From NCBI GenBank assembly GCA_021204765.1, contig JAJPYU010000233.1, positions 1-33,907 on the forward strand: a stretch of 33,907 bases of DNA, in the 5' to 3' direction. Below the pieces are notes generated by a model. It was not told the origin of the DNA, searched no databases, and saw nothing but the letters and a program-made list of their open reading frames with translations. Origin of the DNA: Clostridiales bacterium (GTDB lineage Bacteria > Bacillota > Clostridia > Lachnospirales > Lachnospiraceae). Below, piece after piece: positions 1 through 10,053 of the stretch. Positions within the stretch are counted from its first letter, which is position 1, and every line of letters starts with the position of its first letter. A program made the translations under genes and the position numbers.

Positions 1-562
1 GCTCCTGGGGCAGTCCGGTCACATCCTTTATGGCGTCTATGTACCAGCGGCCCTGGAACTTCAGGTTATGAATGGTGAACACCGTCCTGATATACTTATA
101 GAAAGGATCATTTCTGTAAAATGCCGTCAGAAATACAGGTACCAGCCCGGTATGCCAGTCATTGCAATGGATGATATCCGGCTGGAAATCGATTATAGGG
201 AGAATGGTCAACACTGCCCTGGAGAAATAGGCGAACTTCTCCGCATCCTGATAAATCTCTCCATAGGGATGGGGTCCGGCGAAATAGTATTCGTTGTCGA
301 TAAAATAGAAAGTGACTCCGTCATGAACGAGCTTCAATATGCCGGCATACTGCCTGCGCCAGGAAAGCTGTACCTGGCATTCAGACACCAGTTCCATGCC
401 CTCGCAGTATTTTGGATCCATGCAGGCGTATTTCGGCAGGACCACACGGACATCGTATTCGTCTTTGGGGAAATATTTGGGCAGGGAACCAACCACGTCA
501 GCCAGTCCGCCGGTCTTAATAAAAGGAACTACCTCAGATGAAGCAAATAAAATTCTATTCAT
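1..562 (-). CDS. glgA: Glycogen synthase, 5' part (runs off the window edge; not in the ORF track)
   Basis: Manual translation from ATG at 562 gives MNRILFASSEVVPFIKTGGLADVVGSLPKYFPKDEYDVRVVLPKY, containing the KTGGL ADP-glucose motif. GGAGG SD at 570-574. Confidence 0.93.
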   Translation of the reverse strand, partial: MNRILFASSEVVPFIKTGGLADVVGSLPKYFPKDEYDVRVVLPKYACMDPKYCEGMELVSECQVQLSWRRQYAGILKLVHDGVTFYFIDNEYYFAGPHPYGEIYQDAEKFAYFSRAVLTILPIIDFQPDIIHCNDWHTGLVPVFLTAFYRNDPFYKYIRTVFTIHNLKFQGRWYIDAIKDVTGLPQE

Positions 563-591
563 ATCGACACCTCCGCACACGTCATAGAGTA

Positions 592-620
592 ATTTTATAA
601 TAAAACTAAGACAGTATCAA
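592..620 (-). promoter_or_regulatory. Putative sigma-A promoter of glgA
   Basis: TTGATA (620-615), 17 bp spacer, TAAAAT (597-592). Confidence 0.5.
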
Positions 621-661
621 GGATTAAATATGAAATTTAAGGGTTACTTTTAGGACTATAA

Positions 662-1276
662 TTATAAAAATCGGAACACACCCATAACTTTACCGAGTAT
701 CGCTATTTCAGTTACAATTATCGGATCCATGAAGTCGTTCTCTGGCTGGAGGCGGATGTGGTCTCCCTCATTGTAGAATGTCTTCACTGTCGCGGAGTCG
801 TCGACAAGAGCGACTACTATGTCGCCGTCACGGGCGACATTCTGCTGTTCGACAAGAACCATGTCACCATCAAGGATACCGGCATTGATCATGCTCTCTC
901 CCTTTACCTTCAGCATGAAAGTCTGGACATTCGGCATGAACTCGGTGGGGATGGGGAAGTAGCCGGTGATATTCTGAGCCGCCAGGATAGGCTCTCCGGC
1001 GGCCACCTGGCCGACAATTGGGACATTCACCATCTCCCGGCGGGTCAGGGCATACTCATCATCCACTATCTCGATGGCACGGGGCTTCGTAGGGTCACGT
1101 CGGATAAAGCCGTTCCTCTCCAGTGTCTCCAGGTGAGCGTGAACCGATGAAGTCGATTTCAGATGGACCGCTTCGCATATCTCTCTCACTGCCGGAGGAT
1201 ACCCTTTCGCCAGTATCTCAGAACGTATAAACTCCAGTATCTCTTTCTGCTTATCGCTGATTCTTCCTTTTGCCAT
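662..1276 (-). CDS. lexA: SOS repressor LexA
   Basis: N-terminal winged helix ([32 protein letters not shown]), VAAG cleavage site, S24 peptidase motifs GESM and ATVK. Confidence 0.98.
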   Translation of the reverse strand: MAKGRISDKQKEILEFIRSEILAKGYPPAVREICEAVHLKSTSSVHAHLETLERNGFIRRDPTKPRAIEIVDDEYALTRREMVNVPIVGQVAAGEPILAAQNITGYFPIPTEFMPNVQTFMLKVKGESMINAGILDGDMVLVEQQNVARDGDIVVALVDDSATVKTFYNEGDHIRLQPENDFMDPIIVTEIAILGKVMGVFRFL

Positions 1277-1351
1277 GAATAACCCCTCCTGTGAAGTAGA
1301 ATAATAGTCTCCCCATAATCATAAGCACATGATCCAGGGGCTGTCGTCCTC

Positions 1352-1409
1352 GAATCTCTGTTCTAAATACAGTCTAACATACTTTCCCGAATAATGCAAA
1401 CACATATTC
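1352..1409 (-). promoter_or_regulatory. lexA promoter with two LexA (SOS/Cheo) boxes
   Basis: TTGCAT (1399-1394), 17 bp, extended -10 TG-T-TAGACT (hexamer 1376-1371). GAAC-N4-GTTC-like sites GAACAGAGATTC (1363-1352) and GAATATGTGTTT (1409-1398) overlap the start region and the -35. Confidence 0.75.
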
Positions 1410-1525
1410 GGACTGATCCGGCACAATTTACGTTACTTTTCACACGCAGGGCTATTCACTCATTCTCACAGCGCCGGCAGCGGAGTGCCTGACGCGGGCC
1501 CGAAAAAAGTAACCACGCAGGTGCC

Positions 1526-3583
1526 TTATAGGTTTAGTAATGCATATTCATCGCCGGCATATTGCCTGAGTCTCTCCCGCAGTACCGCATGTGCGGCGTC
1601 TGCAAGAGCGGGATCATCCTGCATCAGCACTCCGACCTCATAGGACGCACGGCTCATGACCTCAGCGTCCTGGTAGACGTCGGCCAGCCTGAAGCGGAAA
1701 TCCCCGCTCTGGCGTATCCCGAAGAAGTCCCCGGGACCACGTAGCTTAAGGTCTTCCTCCGCGATAAAGAAGCCGTCGTTGCTCTGGTTTAAGATCTCCA
1801 GCCGTCGGTTCTTTTCTTTTGACCCGTCTCCCTGCATCAATATGCAGTAGGACTGGGCGTCGCCCCGGCCCACCCGGCCTCTCAGCTGGTGGAGCTGGGC
1901 TAAGCCAAAGCGCTCCGCATTCTCTATCATCATCACTGTGGCATTGGGCACATCCACTCCCACCTCCACCACAGTGGTGGATACCAGTATCTGGATCTTG
2001 TTCTCAAGAAAATCCTCCATGACCTGATTCTTCGCCTCTGCCTTCATCCGACCGTGGAGTGTCCCTATCTTGATCCCATCCGGAAAAATGCCACGCAGCC
2101 TCTCGGCGTAGTCCGACACATTCTCCCCTTCTGATCCTTCCGTCTCCTCCACCAGGGGACAGATGATATATACCTGATGTCCCACCTTTATCTCCTTTTC
2201 CATAAAGCGGTAGGCCGTTTTTCTATACGAAGTGTCCACCACGCAATTTTTGACGGGCAGTCTCTTCGCCGGCACTTCATCTATAACGGATATATCCATA
2301 TCCCCATACAGTATTATAGCCAGGGTCCTGGGTATGGGAGTGGCGCTCATTACCATGATGTGGGGTGCCGCTCCCTTAAAGGACAATGCCTCCCGCTGCT
2401 TTACTCCGAAGCGGTGCTGCTCGTCGGTGATGACCAGGGCCAGTCCCTTATAATTTACTTTATCCTGGAAAAGGGCATGGGTGCCTATGATAAGAGCTGA
2501 TGGCTCATTTTCCAAAACGGCGCAGGCCTCTCTCCTCTCTTTGGCCGTGAGCGACCCGGTCAGCAGCACCACCGGGTAGTCCAGGCCAAAGTCATAGCAC
2601 ATTTTTACCATCTTCTGGTAATGCTGCCTGGCCAGCACGTCCGTAGGTGCCATTATAGCTGACTGGTATCCGCTGTGGGCGCAATCCAGCATGGCGAGAA
2701 ATGCCACTACCGTCTTGCCGGATCCCACATCGCCCTGTATAAGCCTCTGCATGACTTTCTCAGAGCGCATGTCAGCCTGCACCCGGGCGATGGTCCTCTC
2801 CTGAGCCCCGGTCAACTTATAGGGGAGCTGCTTCTTCAGCGACTCGGCAAAAGAAGTATCACCAAAAGAAAACGTATTCTCCAGAGCTTCTGCCGAATCC
2901 TTTGTCAGCTGCATGCAAAGGATAAAAAAGAAAAACTCATCAAAGACAAATCTCTCCCTGGCGGTGATACAGGAAAGCTCATCTTCAGGGAAATGCATAT
3001 TACTAAGAGCAAAATTATACTCACTCAAATGATTCCTGACCCTGATATCCTCCGGCAGATATTCCATCTCAAGGGGAATGTCCTCCAGAGCATTTGCCAC
3101 GGTCTTTCTTATCAATTTCTGGGAAACACCTTTAGTCAGGCTGTAGATGGGGCGCAATCCGTGACGCAGCTCATCGTAAGCATCCGCTGACATGACCTCC
3201 GGCTGCTCCATATAGTACTGTTCATTTTTCACGGAAACCCTGCCATAGAATACGTAGGTGCCGCCGGCTTTTACAACAGAGCGTATAAAGGGCGCACGAA
3301 ACCAGATGAGCCTCAGCTTTCTCACATCGCCGCGGACATCCAGTACCGCCGTCTTAAGACGCGAATGGGTGTTTACAGACGGCGTTTTTATCACAGTGAC
3401 GCAGATGGCATTTTTTCTGCCCTCCTTCACCTCGTCTATCTCACATATCTCAGGGCAGTGCTCATAATCCCTGGGAAAATACAGGAGTATATCACCGACC
3501 GTGTATACTCCCATAGCGTTAAATGCCTGTTCCGTTTTCGTTCCTATCCCCTTTATCTCTCTCAGGGGAGAATCCAGTCTCAT
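1526..3583 (-). CDS. recG: ATP-dependent DNA helicase RecG
   Basis: QGDVGSGKT, DEQHRFG, MSATPIPRT, QLHQLRGRVGRG and DLKLRGPG motifs; 685 aa. Confidence 0.98.
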   Translation of the reverse strand: MRLDSPLREIKGIGTKTEQAFNAMGVYTVGDILLYFPRDYEHCPEICEIDEVKEGRKNAICVTVIKTPSVNTHSRLKTAVLDVRGDVRKLRLIWFRAPFIRSVVKAGGTYVFYGRVSVKNEQYYMEQPEVMSADAYDELRHGLRPIYSLTKGVSQKLIRKTVANALEDIPLEMEYLPEDIRVRNHLSEYNFALSNMHFPEDELSCITARERFVFDEFFFFILCMQLTKDSAEALENTFSFGDTSFAESLKKQLPYKLTGAQERTIARVQADMRSEKVMQRLIQGDVGSGKTVVAFLAMLDCAHSGYQSAIMAPTDVLARQHYQKMVKMCYDFGLDYPVVLLTGSLTAKERREACAVLENEPSALIIGTHALFQDKVNYKGLALVITDEQHRFGVKQREALSFKGAAPHIMVMSATPIPRTLAIILYGDMDISVIDEVPAKRLPVKNCVVDTSYRKTAYRFMEKEIKVGHQVYIICPLVEETEGSEGENVSDYAERLRGIFPDGIKIGTLHGRMKAEAKNQVMEDFLENKIQILVSTTVVEVGVDVPNATVMMIENAERFGLAQLHQLRGRVGRGDAQSYCILMQGDGSKEKNRRLEILNQSNDGFFIAEEDLKLRGPGDFFGIRQSGDFRFRLADVYQDAEVMSRASYEVGVLMQDDPALADAAHAVLRERLRQYAGDEYALLNL

Positions 3584-3667
3584 GGTGTATCCCCATTAAT
3601 TTCTATCACCGCACCGGGCATCCCGCTGCCGGTTCGGGAAGAACGCATAAATTAATCCAAAGCATCA

Positions 3668-5413
3668 TCACTCAACAGAAATGATGTAATAATAAACCGG
3701 CTGGCCTCCGGGCTGCACCTCAACCTCGCACTCCGGGTGCCGCTCTGTCAAAATACCAGCCAGCGCATTGGCATCCTCCTCAGATATTTCCTCTCCGTAG
3801 TATATGCAGATAAAGGATGAATCCGCATCAACCATGGCTGCGACCATGTCACTTGCTACCTCAGTCATATCCTTCCCTGCGGAAAGCAATCCGGAATCAC
3901 CCAGACCCATAAAATCCCCCTTTTTGATATCCAGGTCGTCTATTCTCGTATCACGGACAGCGTAAGTGACCTCGCCGGTCTTTACCGTGGAGATGACCTC
4001 ACAGAGAGCATCCCTGTTATTCTCTACGCCTGACTCCTCGATATAATTGATGATAGCCGTAATCCCCTGGGGGATCGATGTGGTGGGAATGACTATGACC
4101 TGTCTGTCCTTTGTCATATCCGCCGCCTGGTTCGCCGCCATGATGATATTTTTATTATTAGGGAAGATGAAGACCGTCTCAGCGTTTACCATCTCTATGG
4201 CATCCAGCATATCCTGGGTGCTGGGATTCATGGTCTGCCCACCCTCAATGATAAAGTCGGCACCATATTCGGTAAACACCTCCCGAAGTCCGTCTCCTAC
4301 AGCCACTGCTATAAATCCAACAGCCTTCATGGGCACGGTCTCAGTCTCTGGACCGGCAGATTCGCTGTCTGCACCGCTCTGAACTGCTTCCCTCTCATGT
4401 GCCCTTGCCTCCTGCTCGTCAGCCTGCTCCTTCGCCAGCCTGTCGGCATCGTGGATAAGCTTCTCCTCGTGCTCCTCACGCATATTGTCTATCTTGATCC
4501 TGCTTAAGGAACCGTAAGACAAAGCTTTCTGCAGCACCAACCCCGGATCATTGGTGTGGACATGAATCTTAACAATGTCATTTACCGCTACCAGGACTAT
4601 GGAATCACCCAGATCATTCAGGAAAGATCTGAAAGCATCCTCCTCGTCCTCCGACATTTCATTATTAAGATTAATGATAAACTCAGTGCAGTAGCCGAAT
4701 TTAATATCGTCTGTATCCAGTTTCTTATCGCTTAAGTCCACACAGGGAATCTCCGGTGCCTCATCCCCGGAAAGCACACTGTAGTCTATCTCTTTTCCCC
4801 TGTAAGCATCCCTGGAGCCTTTTAAGATTTCTACCAGGCCCTGGCCTCCGGCATCTACCACCCCGGCCTGTTTGAGTACCGGCAGCATATCCGGAGTCCG
4901 CTCCAACACCCTCTCCATCTCGGCGATAATGGCATCAATATAGGCATCCATATCGCAGCTATCATCACAGGAAAGCTCCAGTGCCTTGTCAGCCCCGCCT
5001 CTGGCCACAGTAAGAATAGTGCCTTCCTTCGGCTTCATGACCGCCTTATACGCTGTATCACAGGCTTTCTGCATGGCCTCACAGAGAACCAGCTTGTCTA
5101 TGACATCATAATTCGCGATGAGCCTGGCAAAGCCACGTATGAGCTGGGAGAGGATGACACCTGAATTGCCCCTGGCACCACGCAGTGATCCCGACGAGAT
5201 GGCTCTGGAGACAGCCTTCATATCACGGGCTCCGGTCTTCTTCATCTCATCTACAGCGGAAAAGATGGTCATGCACATATTGATGCCGGTGTCTCCGTCG
5301 GGCACTGGGAAGACATTGAGAGAATTGATCCACTCTTTCTTCGCATCCAGGCTCGCCGCCCCGGCACAGAACATCCGTGCAAGCAGTTTTGAATCTATGG
5401 TCTTACTATCCAA
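3668..5413 (-). CDS. fakA: DAK2-domain protein / fatty acid kinase catalytic subunit (FakA/YloV family)
   Basis: LNVFPVPDGDTG, GARGNSGVILSQ, YCTEF, HVHT, GGQTMNPS and GGQPVYYY motifs; TTG start with AGGAGG SD; Asp23-DAK2-recG synteny. Confidence 0.93.
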   Translation of the reverse strand: MDSKTIDSKLLARMFCAGAASLDAKKEWINSLNVFPVPDGDTGINMCMTIFSAVDEMKKTGARDMKAVSRAISSGSLRGARGNSGVILSQLIRGFARLIANYDVIDKLVLCEAMQKACDTAYKAVMKPKEGTILTVARGGADKALELSCDDSCDMDAYIDAIIAEMERVLERTPDMLPVLKQAGVVDAGGQGLVEILKGSRDAYRGKEIDYSVLSGDEAPEIPCVDLSDKKLDTDDIKFGYCTEFIINLNNEMSEDEEDAFRSFLNDLGDSIVLVAVNDIVKIHVHTNDPGLVLQKALSYGSLSRIKIDNMREEHEEKLIHDADRLAKEQADEQEARAHEREAVQSGADSESAGPETETVPMKAVGFIAVAVGDGLREVFTEYGADFIIEGGQTMNPSTQDMLDAIEMVNAETVFIFPNNKNIIMAANQAADMTKDRQVIVIPTTSIPQGITAIINYIEESGVENNRDALCEVISTVKTGEVTYAVRDTRIDDLDIKKGDFMGLGDSGLLSAGKDMTEVASDMVAAMVDADSSFICIYYGEEISEEDANALAGILTERHPECEVEVQPGGQPVYYYIISVE

Positions 5414-5428
5414 AGGTATATCCTCCTA

Positions 5429-5788
5429 CTAGTCAATCACTCTGACGCCCTCGACGAATACATTGATCTTCACGACCTTCATCCCGGTGAAACCCTCCAC
5501 CCTGTATTTCACGGTCTCCATGAGATTCTCCGTCACAGTGGCAATATTCGCGCCGTAAGAGACAATGACATGAAAATCCAGTGTAATCCGATCCCCATCC
5601 TCTATATTCACGGAAATGCCATGGTGCAGATAATCCTTTTTAAGCAATTTCACCAGTCCATCTTTGACATTGACGGCGGCCATTCCCACTATACCAAAAC
5701 ACTCTACCGCCACAGATCCGGCGTAGGTGGCAACCACCTGCGAATCTATGCTGACAGTCCCCAGTGAACTTTCCAATCTGCCTTTCAT
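5429..5788 (-). CDS. Asp23/Gls24 family protein (YloU-like)
   Basis: ECFGIVGMA..DG..KLL and VKYRVE..TG..V..INVFVEGVR; directly upstream of the DAK2 gene. Confidence 0.93.
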   Translation of the reverse strand: MKGRLESSLGTVSIDSQVVATYAGSVAVECFGIVGMAAVNVKDGLVKLLKKDYLHHGISVNIEDGDRITLDFHVIVSYGANIATVTENLMETVKYRVEGFTGMKVVKINVFVEGVRVID

Positions 5789-5824
5789 ACCTTACCTCCT
5801 GCGAAATTGCGAACTATTTGAAAT

Positions 5825-5853
5825 ATTATAACTGATACTCATATAAAAGGCAA
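5825..5853 (-). promoter_or_regulatory. Putative sigma-A promoter of the Asp23-DAK2(-recG) unit
   Basis: TTGCCT (5853-5848), 17 bp, TATAAT (5830-5825). Confidence 0.6.
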
Positions 5854-5854
5854 C

Positions 5855-5882
5855 AGAAAAAGAACCTGCCGCATTGGCAGGT
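5855..5882 (-). terminator. Rho-independent terminator of rpmB
   Basis: ACCTGCC-AATGC-GGCAGGT hairpin followed by TCTTTTTCT on the minus strand. Confidence 0.7.
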
Positions 5883-5897
5883 CCCTTAATGGTCGTA

Positions 5898-6083
5898 CTA
5901 GATTCTCTCCACTTTATTGCTCTTCAGGCAATTGGTGCATACATACACTCTCTTGTGGGTGCCGTTGTCATTGATCTTGACTCTCTTTAAATTCGGCTTC
6001 CACTGCCTGTTAGTCCTGATATGTGAATGGCTGATCTTCTTGCCAAACTGTACGCTCTTTCCGCAAACAGCACATTTTGCCAT
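5898..6083 (-). CDS. rpmB: 50S ribosomal protein L28 (CxxC/CxxC zinc-type)
   Basis: MAKCAVCGK..FG..ISHSH..TNRQWKPNL..VYVCTNCLKS; 61 aa; GGAGG SD. Confidence 0.97.
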   Translation of the reverse strand: MAKCAVCGKSVQFGKKISHSHIRTNRQWKPNLKRVKINDNGTHKRVYVCTNCLKSNKVERI

Positions 6084-6144
6084 GATAACACCTCCTTAAG
6101 GCATATTAAGTCATGGGACTTCCTCCCCGACTCGCAACATGAGT

Positions 6145-6173
6145 ATTCTAACAGAACAAATCTGATATTGCAA
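6145..6173 (-). promoter_or_regulatory. Putative rpmB promoter
   Basis: TTGCAA (6173-6168), 17 bp, extended -10 TG-T-TAGAAT (hexamer 6150-6145). Confidence 0.6.
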
Positions 6174-6286
6174 CACATAAAATAAAAAATTTGAACGCCC
6201 TGAATTCTCACCGTGTGAAAAGTAACTTCTCACAGATCATATAGTACAATAAATGCATCAAAACCGCATTTAAAACTATATTTATG

Positions 6287-6727
6287 CTACTCCTCAATAT
6301 TCAGCTTCTCTTTAATGTCCTCCGCGGCCGCCTCCCTAGCCTCTTCTTTCGCCGCAAAGCCCTCGGGATCCCGTTTTTCATCAATCTTTTTCATGAACTT
6401 ATTCACAAAGTCAGGTATCATATCGATAAGCTTCATGATGCCGTCCTGGCTCTTGACACTGACCATCTTCACCACGTCGTCCTTTATGACCAGGACCGCG
6501 CTGGGGGAGATCTTCGCACCCACACCGCCGCCGCTGTTTTTCTTCTTCTCGGCGATGAAGGCACCGGCGGCCATACCGAAAGTCACATCCACCAGAGGCA
6601 GTATGATGGCCCCCTCGATATTGACAGGCTCACCTATCACCGTGCTGCTGGAGATGAAACCATCCATATCCTTCATCAGTGCGTCCACTGTCTTCTGAAA
6701 TGTACCGTTTGAATTGACCTCTGCCAT
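6287..6727 (-). CDS. GerW/YtfJ family sporulation protein
   Basis: TVIGEPV..IILPLVDVTFGM.AG and GGGVGAKISPSAVLVI motifs; paired with a YtfI-like gene. Confidence 0.88.
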   Translation of the reverse strand: MAEVNSNGTFQKTVDALMKDMDGFISSSTVIGEPVNIEGAIILPLVDVTFGMAAGAFIAEKKKNSGGGVGAKISPSAVLVIKDDVVKMVSVKSQDGIMKLIDMIPDFVNKFMKKIDEKRDPEGFAAKEEAREAAAEDIKEKLNIEE

Positions 6728-6782
6728 TTTATATATCCTCCTGTCCTATGCTGTATAAGCTATTATACTCTCCGGCCGTCTG

Positions 6783-7493
6783 TCACCCCGACACAACAGC
6801 TGTTTTTGAGTTCTTCTTATCCCTGTGCCTTATAGCTCCTATAAATACTCTCACGCCTTTCTGTCCGATGAGCCCCACAGCCAGGATAATGACTGCCATG
6901 AGCCTCATATGTCCGGCGGCGTGGAGATTCCCCTTCACATAAGTCTCATCCGTCTCGAAATCCGGTGTCACCGCCAGATCTGTCTGATACACTATCGGCA
7001 GCACCGCTATTGCTCCGGTGACGTATCCCGTGGTGGAGGGATCCTTAAATCCGAATCCGACCTGCCCTTTTATCTTCCTGGGCCGACATTTAAAGAGAAA
7101 CTTCTTTACCGGCGGCATCACTGCCTCTATAAGGCTGTACTCACCGATCGTCCCGAGTACCCGCTTCGCAGTGGCCAGTCCATCCCTTATCTTCTGGGGG
7201 CGGCTGCGCCCATCCGGCTTTTCCTCCTTTTTCTTTTTGCTTTTGCTTCTGCTCTTTTGCAGGAATTTGAAAATGTCCAGCTTAAAGAAAAATATTTTAA
7301 GTATAGCCTCTATCTCTTCATCATAGGATAAACAAAAGCGGATAAAGCCAAGGTATTTTATTTTAAAAAACACTTTTTTCCCATCTATGTCCGCGTCAAG
7401 CCCATACTTTATCGGTAAAAACAATACCAGGATGACCAGGACCACGATGATCAGCAAAATGATACTGATGATCATTCCCACTGCACTGCTCAT
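6783..7493 (-). CDS. DUF2953 (YtfI-like) membrane protein
   Basis: N-terminal hydrophobic helix, FGFKDPSTTGYVTG and VTPDF motifs; adjacent to the ytfJ-like gene. Confidence 0.8.
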   Translation of the reverse strand: MSSAVGMIISIILLIIVVLVILVLFLPIKYGLDADIDGKKVFFKIKYLGFIRFCLSYDEEIEAILKIFFFKLDIFKFLQKSRSKSKKKKEEKPDGRSRPQKIRDGLATAKRVLGTIGEYSLIEAVMPPVKKFLFKCRPRKIKGQVGFGFKDPSTTGYVTGAIAVLPIVYQTDLAVTPDFETDETYVKGNLHAAGHMRLMAVIILAVGLIGQKGVRVFIGAIRHRDKKNSKTAVVSG

Positions 7494-7825
7494 TCCCTGC
7501 TCATCTCCCGCTCATGAGTGCTGCCCAGATAGGCTGCCACATCGGCATCGCCCCGCTTTATCACGGCAGCGGCAGCCAGTTCAGCCGCTATGTCCACGGC
7601 TTCCTTACGGGTAAGGGCCATGCCGATGACTGTGAGATCATCCAGAGGATAATTCTCCTGCAGGAGCAGGGTGCTCGGAATTATCTCCAGGACCTGATGC
7701 TCGAATCGGGGCAGGATGACGAGCCAGACCCCCACGTGAGCCTTCCTGTGGCTGATCCGATATCTGATCATCTTCTCTTTTGATGCCAGGCCCCGTCCCA
7801 GGACCATGTGCCCATACCAGACCAT
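7490..7825 (-). CDS. Hypothetical protein
   Basis: 111 aa ORF with a GAGGTG SD; stop overlaps the next start (ATGA); no family recognised. Confidence 0.7.
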   Translation of the reverse strand: MVWYGHMVLGRGLASKEKMIRYRISHRKAHVGVWLVILPRFEHQVLEIIPSTLLLQENYPLDDLTVIGMALTRKEAVDIAAELAAAAVIKRGDADVAAYLGSTHEREMSRE

Positions 7826-7904
7826 CTCTCACCTCATCATAAATCTCTGAATATCCCAAAATCCATAATTACCGTGCCAGGTATTCCAGTCCATCAGTCC
7901 ATCA

Positions 7905-8357
7905 CTAAAAATACTTTTTACTTCCCCAGAGATTGCTCCGCTTCAGATCCAGATATTCGTCGTATGCACGCTCCAGTATCTGCTTCTCATTGGGAAACTT
8001 AAGCAGATGCCATGCCTCGTGATACTTGTAATATCCGGAATCTGTAAAATACTCCTCCCTCTGCGGCTTGCTGTAATAGCTGTCAGCCATCATCAGATAC
8101 CAGTGGACGGTCTTGTCCACCACGTCATCGGGGATATTGAAAGTATAACTGCTCTCCCCCACATACTTGATGATGACCGCCCTGGCTCCGGTCTCCTCTC
8201 TCACTTCCCTGATGGCGGTGTCCTTGTGCTCTTCGCCGGCCTCCACAGTTCCCTTGGGGAGGACCCATCCATCGTACCTGTTGCGGTAATTCTTGTACAA
8301 CAGTAAAATCTTTCCGCGAAATATTACCACACCACCACAGCTGGTAGCCTCAATCAT
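7905..8357 (-). CDS. NUDIX hydrolase
   Basis: Nudix box GTVEAGEEHKDTAIREVREETG; GGAGG SD; candidate promoter TTGCAG-17-TATACT at 8422-8394. Confidence 0.93.
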   Translation of the reverse strand: MIEATSCGGVVIFRGKILLLYKNYRNRYDGWVLPKGTVEAGEEHKDTAIREVREETGARAVIIKYVGESSYTFNIPDDVVDKTVHWYLMMADSYYSKPQREEYFTDSGYYKYHEAWHLLKFPNEKQILERAYDEYLDLKRSNLWGSKKYF

Positions 8358-8424
8358 TGCATTCCCTCCGATGTGGTCTCAAAAACTGAGTCAAGTATAC
8401 ACGAGATGTCAGGATTCTGCAAGT

Positions 8425-10053
8425 TTACTTATTAAAATAAGTATCAAAAACTTTTTTTGCCACCGGAACCGCACTGGAACTGCCGCTTCCGCCATCCTCG
8501 ACTATGACCGCTATGGCTATGTCCGAATATCCATCCTTTGAGGCGAATCCCACGAACCAGCCGTGGCTGTTCCCGGCACTGTCGTACTCTGCGGAACCGG
8601 TCTTGCCATAGGCGTCATAGCTCTGGCCGGAAAGCGCTGATGCCGTGCCCCTGGCTGTCACCTGCCCCATGAATTCCCGCATGATCTGGGCATCCGAGGA
8701 GGACATTATCGTCCCGGCCTCCGACTTTCTGTATCTCTTTACCACTCTCCCGCTGTCGGACTCAGTGTGGTCCACCACGTAGGGTGCGTATACCGTCCCT
8801 CCCTCATCGATGGCTGCGGCTACCATTGCCATATGAAGAGGCGTCACCGTAGTGTCCCCCTGGCCTATGGCCGTCTGCATTATCTTCCCGGTGGAGGCGT
8901 CGTCTGTGAGCGTAAAGCTGCTCTTAGCCCCGGAGAGAGTCCCGGGCAAGCTCTGGTTAAACATCATGTCGTCAAGCAATGAGGAAAACTTGTCGATATT
9001 CAGGCTCAGTCCTATATTGGAATAGGAGGTGTTGCAGGAATTGGCAAAGGAGTCCACCAGGCTCTCCTGCCCATGCACTGAGTTGTGATAGCAGTGTATA
9101 GTGGTATCTCCCACAGTATACTCTCCATTGCAGGTAAAGCTGTAGGAATCGTAGTTCGGATTTTCGTGAATATACTCCAGGGTGGTAAATATCTTAAATA
9201 CCGACCCCGGCGGGTAGGTTCCCGAGGTGGCGCGGTTTAAAAGCACCGAGCTGTCATCATCATTAACTATGGAATCCCAGTTGGCCTCCAGGGTATTCGG
9301 GTCGAAATCCGGCTTTGAGACCATAGCCAGCACCTTTCCGGTATCGGCCTCCAGGACCACAACGGCTCCATTATTGCTTCCCAGGGCATTGTATGCCGCC
9401 TCCTGCACGTCATAGTCCAGTGTAGTGACCACATTATCCCCCTGATTCTTCTGATCTGTAAGATCATTGTACAACTGGGTCAGGAAAAATGAGTGGGACC
9501 GCAGCAGATTGAAATTCATGGATGACTCCACCCCGGCTTTGCCGTTATTTACATATCCCACCACGTGGGCAAACATCCGGCCATAAGGGTATTCTCTGGT
9601 CTCGCCCCCATCGGGGCTGACATCTGTAGCCGCCAGGACTTTCCCGTCGGAGGACAGTATATCCCCGCGGATCACGTGCTCTGCGTAGAGATCCTGTCTG
9701 GAGTTGTAGGAGCTGCTGATGACGGTCTCGCTCTTAAATACCTGAAAGTACACCAGATAGCCTATCATCAGTATGAACACCGCCAGAAATACGTAGGTGA
9801 TGATCATAAAATCCCGGCTTCTCACCGGCTTCTCGGCTGCGCTGGTGGCCTGCTTACCAGAGCTCCTCCATGTCTTCCCATCTGGTCTGTTCTTCGATTT
9901 TTTTGCTGAGCTCGTCCTCGTCTGATTCGACGCCGGTTCGGACTGCCTGCTGGCGGGTCTGGCTTTGGTCTGCTTTTTTTCCGTCTTCCCATCCAGATCG
10001 ATTATCTCGGGACCCTCCGCTCTGCTGTTTTGATTTTTCCCTTGCCTGGACAT
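8425..10053 (-). CDS. Class B penicillin-binding transpeptidase (PbpA-like)
   Basis: Single TM helix, then SxxK (GSVFK), SxN (SCN) and KTG motifs; GAAGGAG SD before ATG 10053. An alternative start at MIITY is possible. Confidence 0.92.
   Translation of the reverse strand: MSRQGKNQNSRAEGPEIIDLDGKTEKKQTKARPASRQSEPASNQTRTSSAKKSKNRPDGKTWRSSGKQATSAAEKPVRSRDFMIITYVFLAVFILMIGYLVYFQVFKSETVISSSYNSRQDLYAEHVIRGDILSSDGKVLAATDVSPDGGETREYPYGRMFAHVVGYVNNGKAGVESSMNFNLLRSHSFFLTQLYNDLTDQKNQGDNVVTTLDYDVQEAAYNALGSNNGAVVVLEADTGKVLAMVSKPDFDPNTLEANWDSIVNDDDSSVLLNRATSGTYPPGSVFKIFTTLEYIHENPNYDSYSFTCNGEYTVGDTTIHCYHNSVHGQESLVDSFANSCNTSYSNIGLSLNIDKFSSLLDDMMFNQSLPGTLSGAKSSFTLTDDASTGKIMQTAIGQGDTTVTPLHMAMVAAAIDEGGTVYAPYVVDHTESDSGRVVKRYRKSEAGTIMSSSDAQIMREFMGQVTARGTASALSGQSYDAYGKTGSAEYDSAGNSHGWFVGFASKDGYSDIAIAVIVEDGGSGSSSAVPVAKKVFDTYFNK

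Noticed and set aside
68-587. Plus-strand ORFs of 157 aa and 82 aa
   Set aside because: Antisense shadows of glgA, which has clear motifs and an SD on the minus strand.
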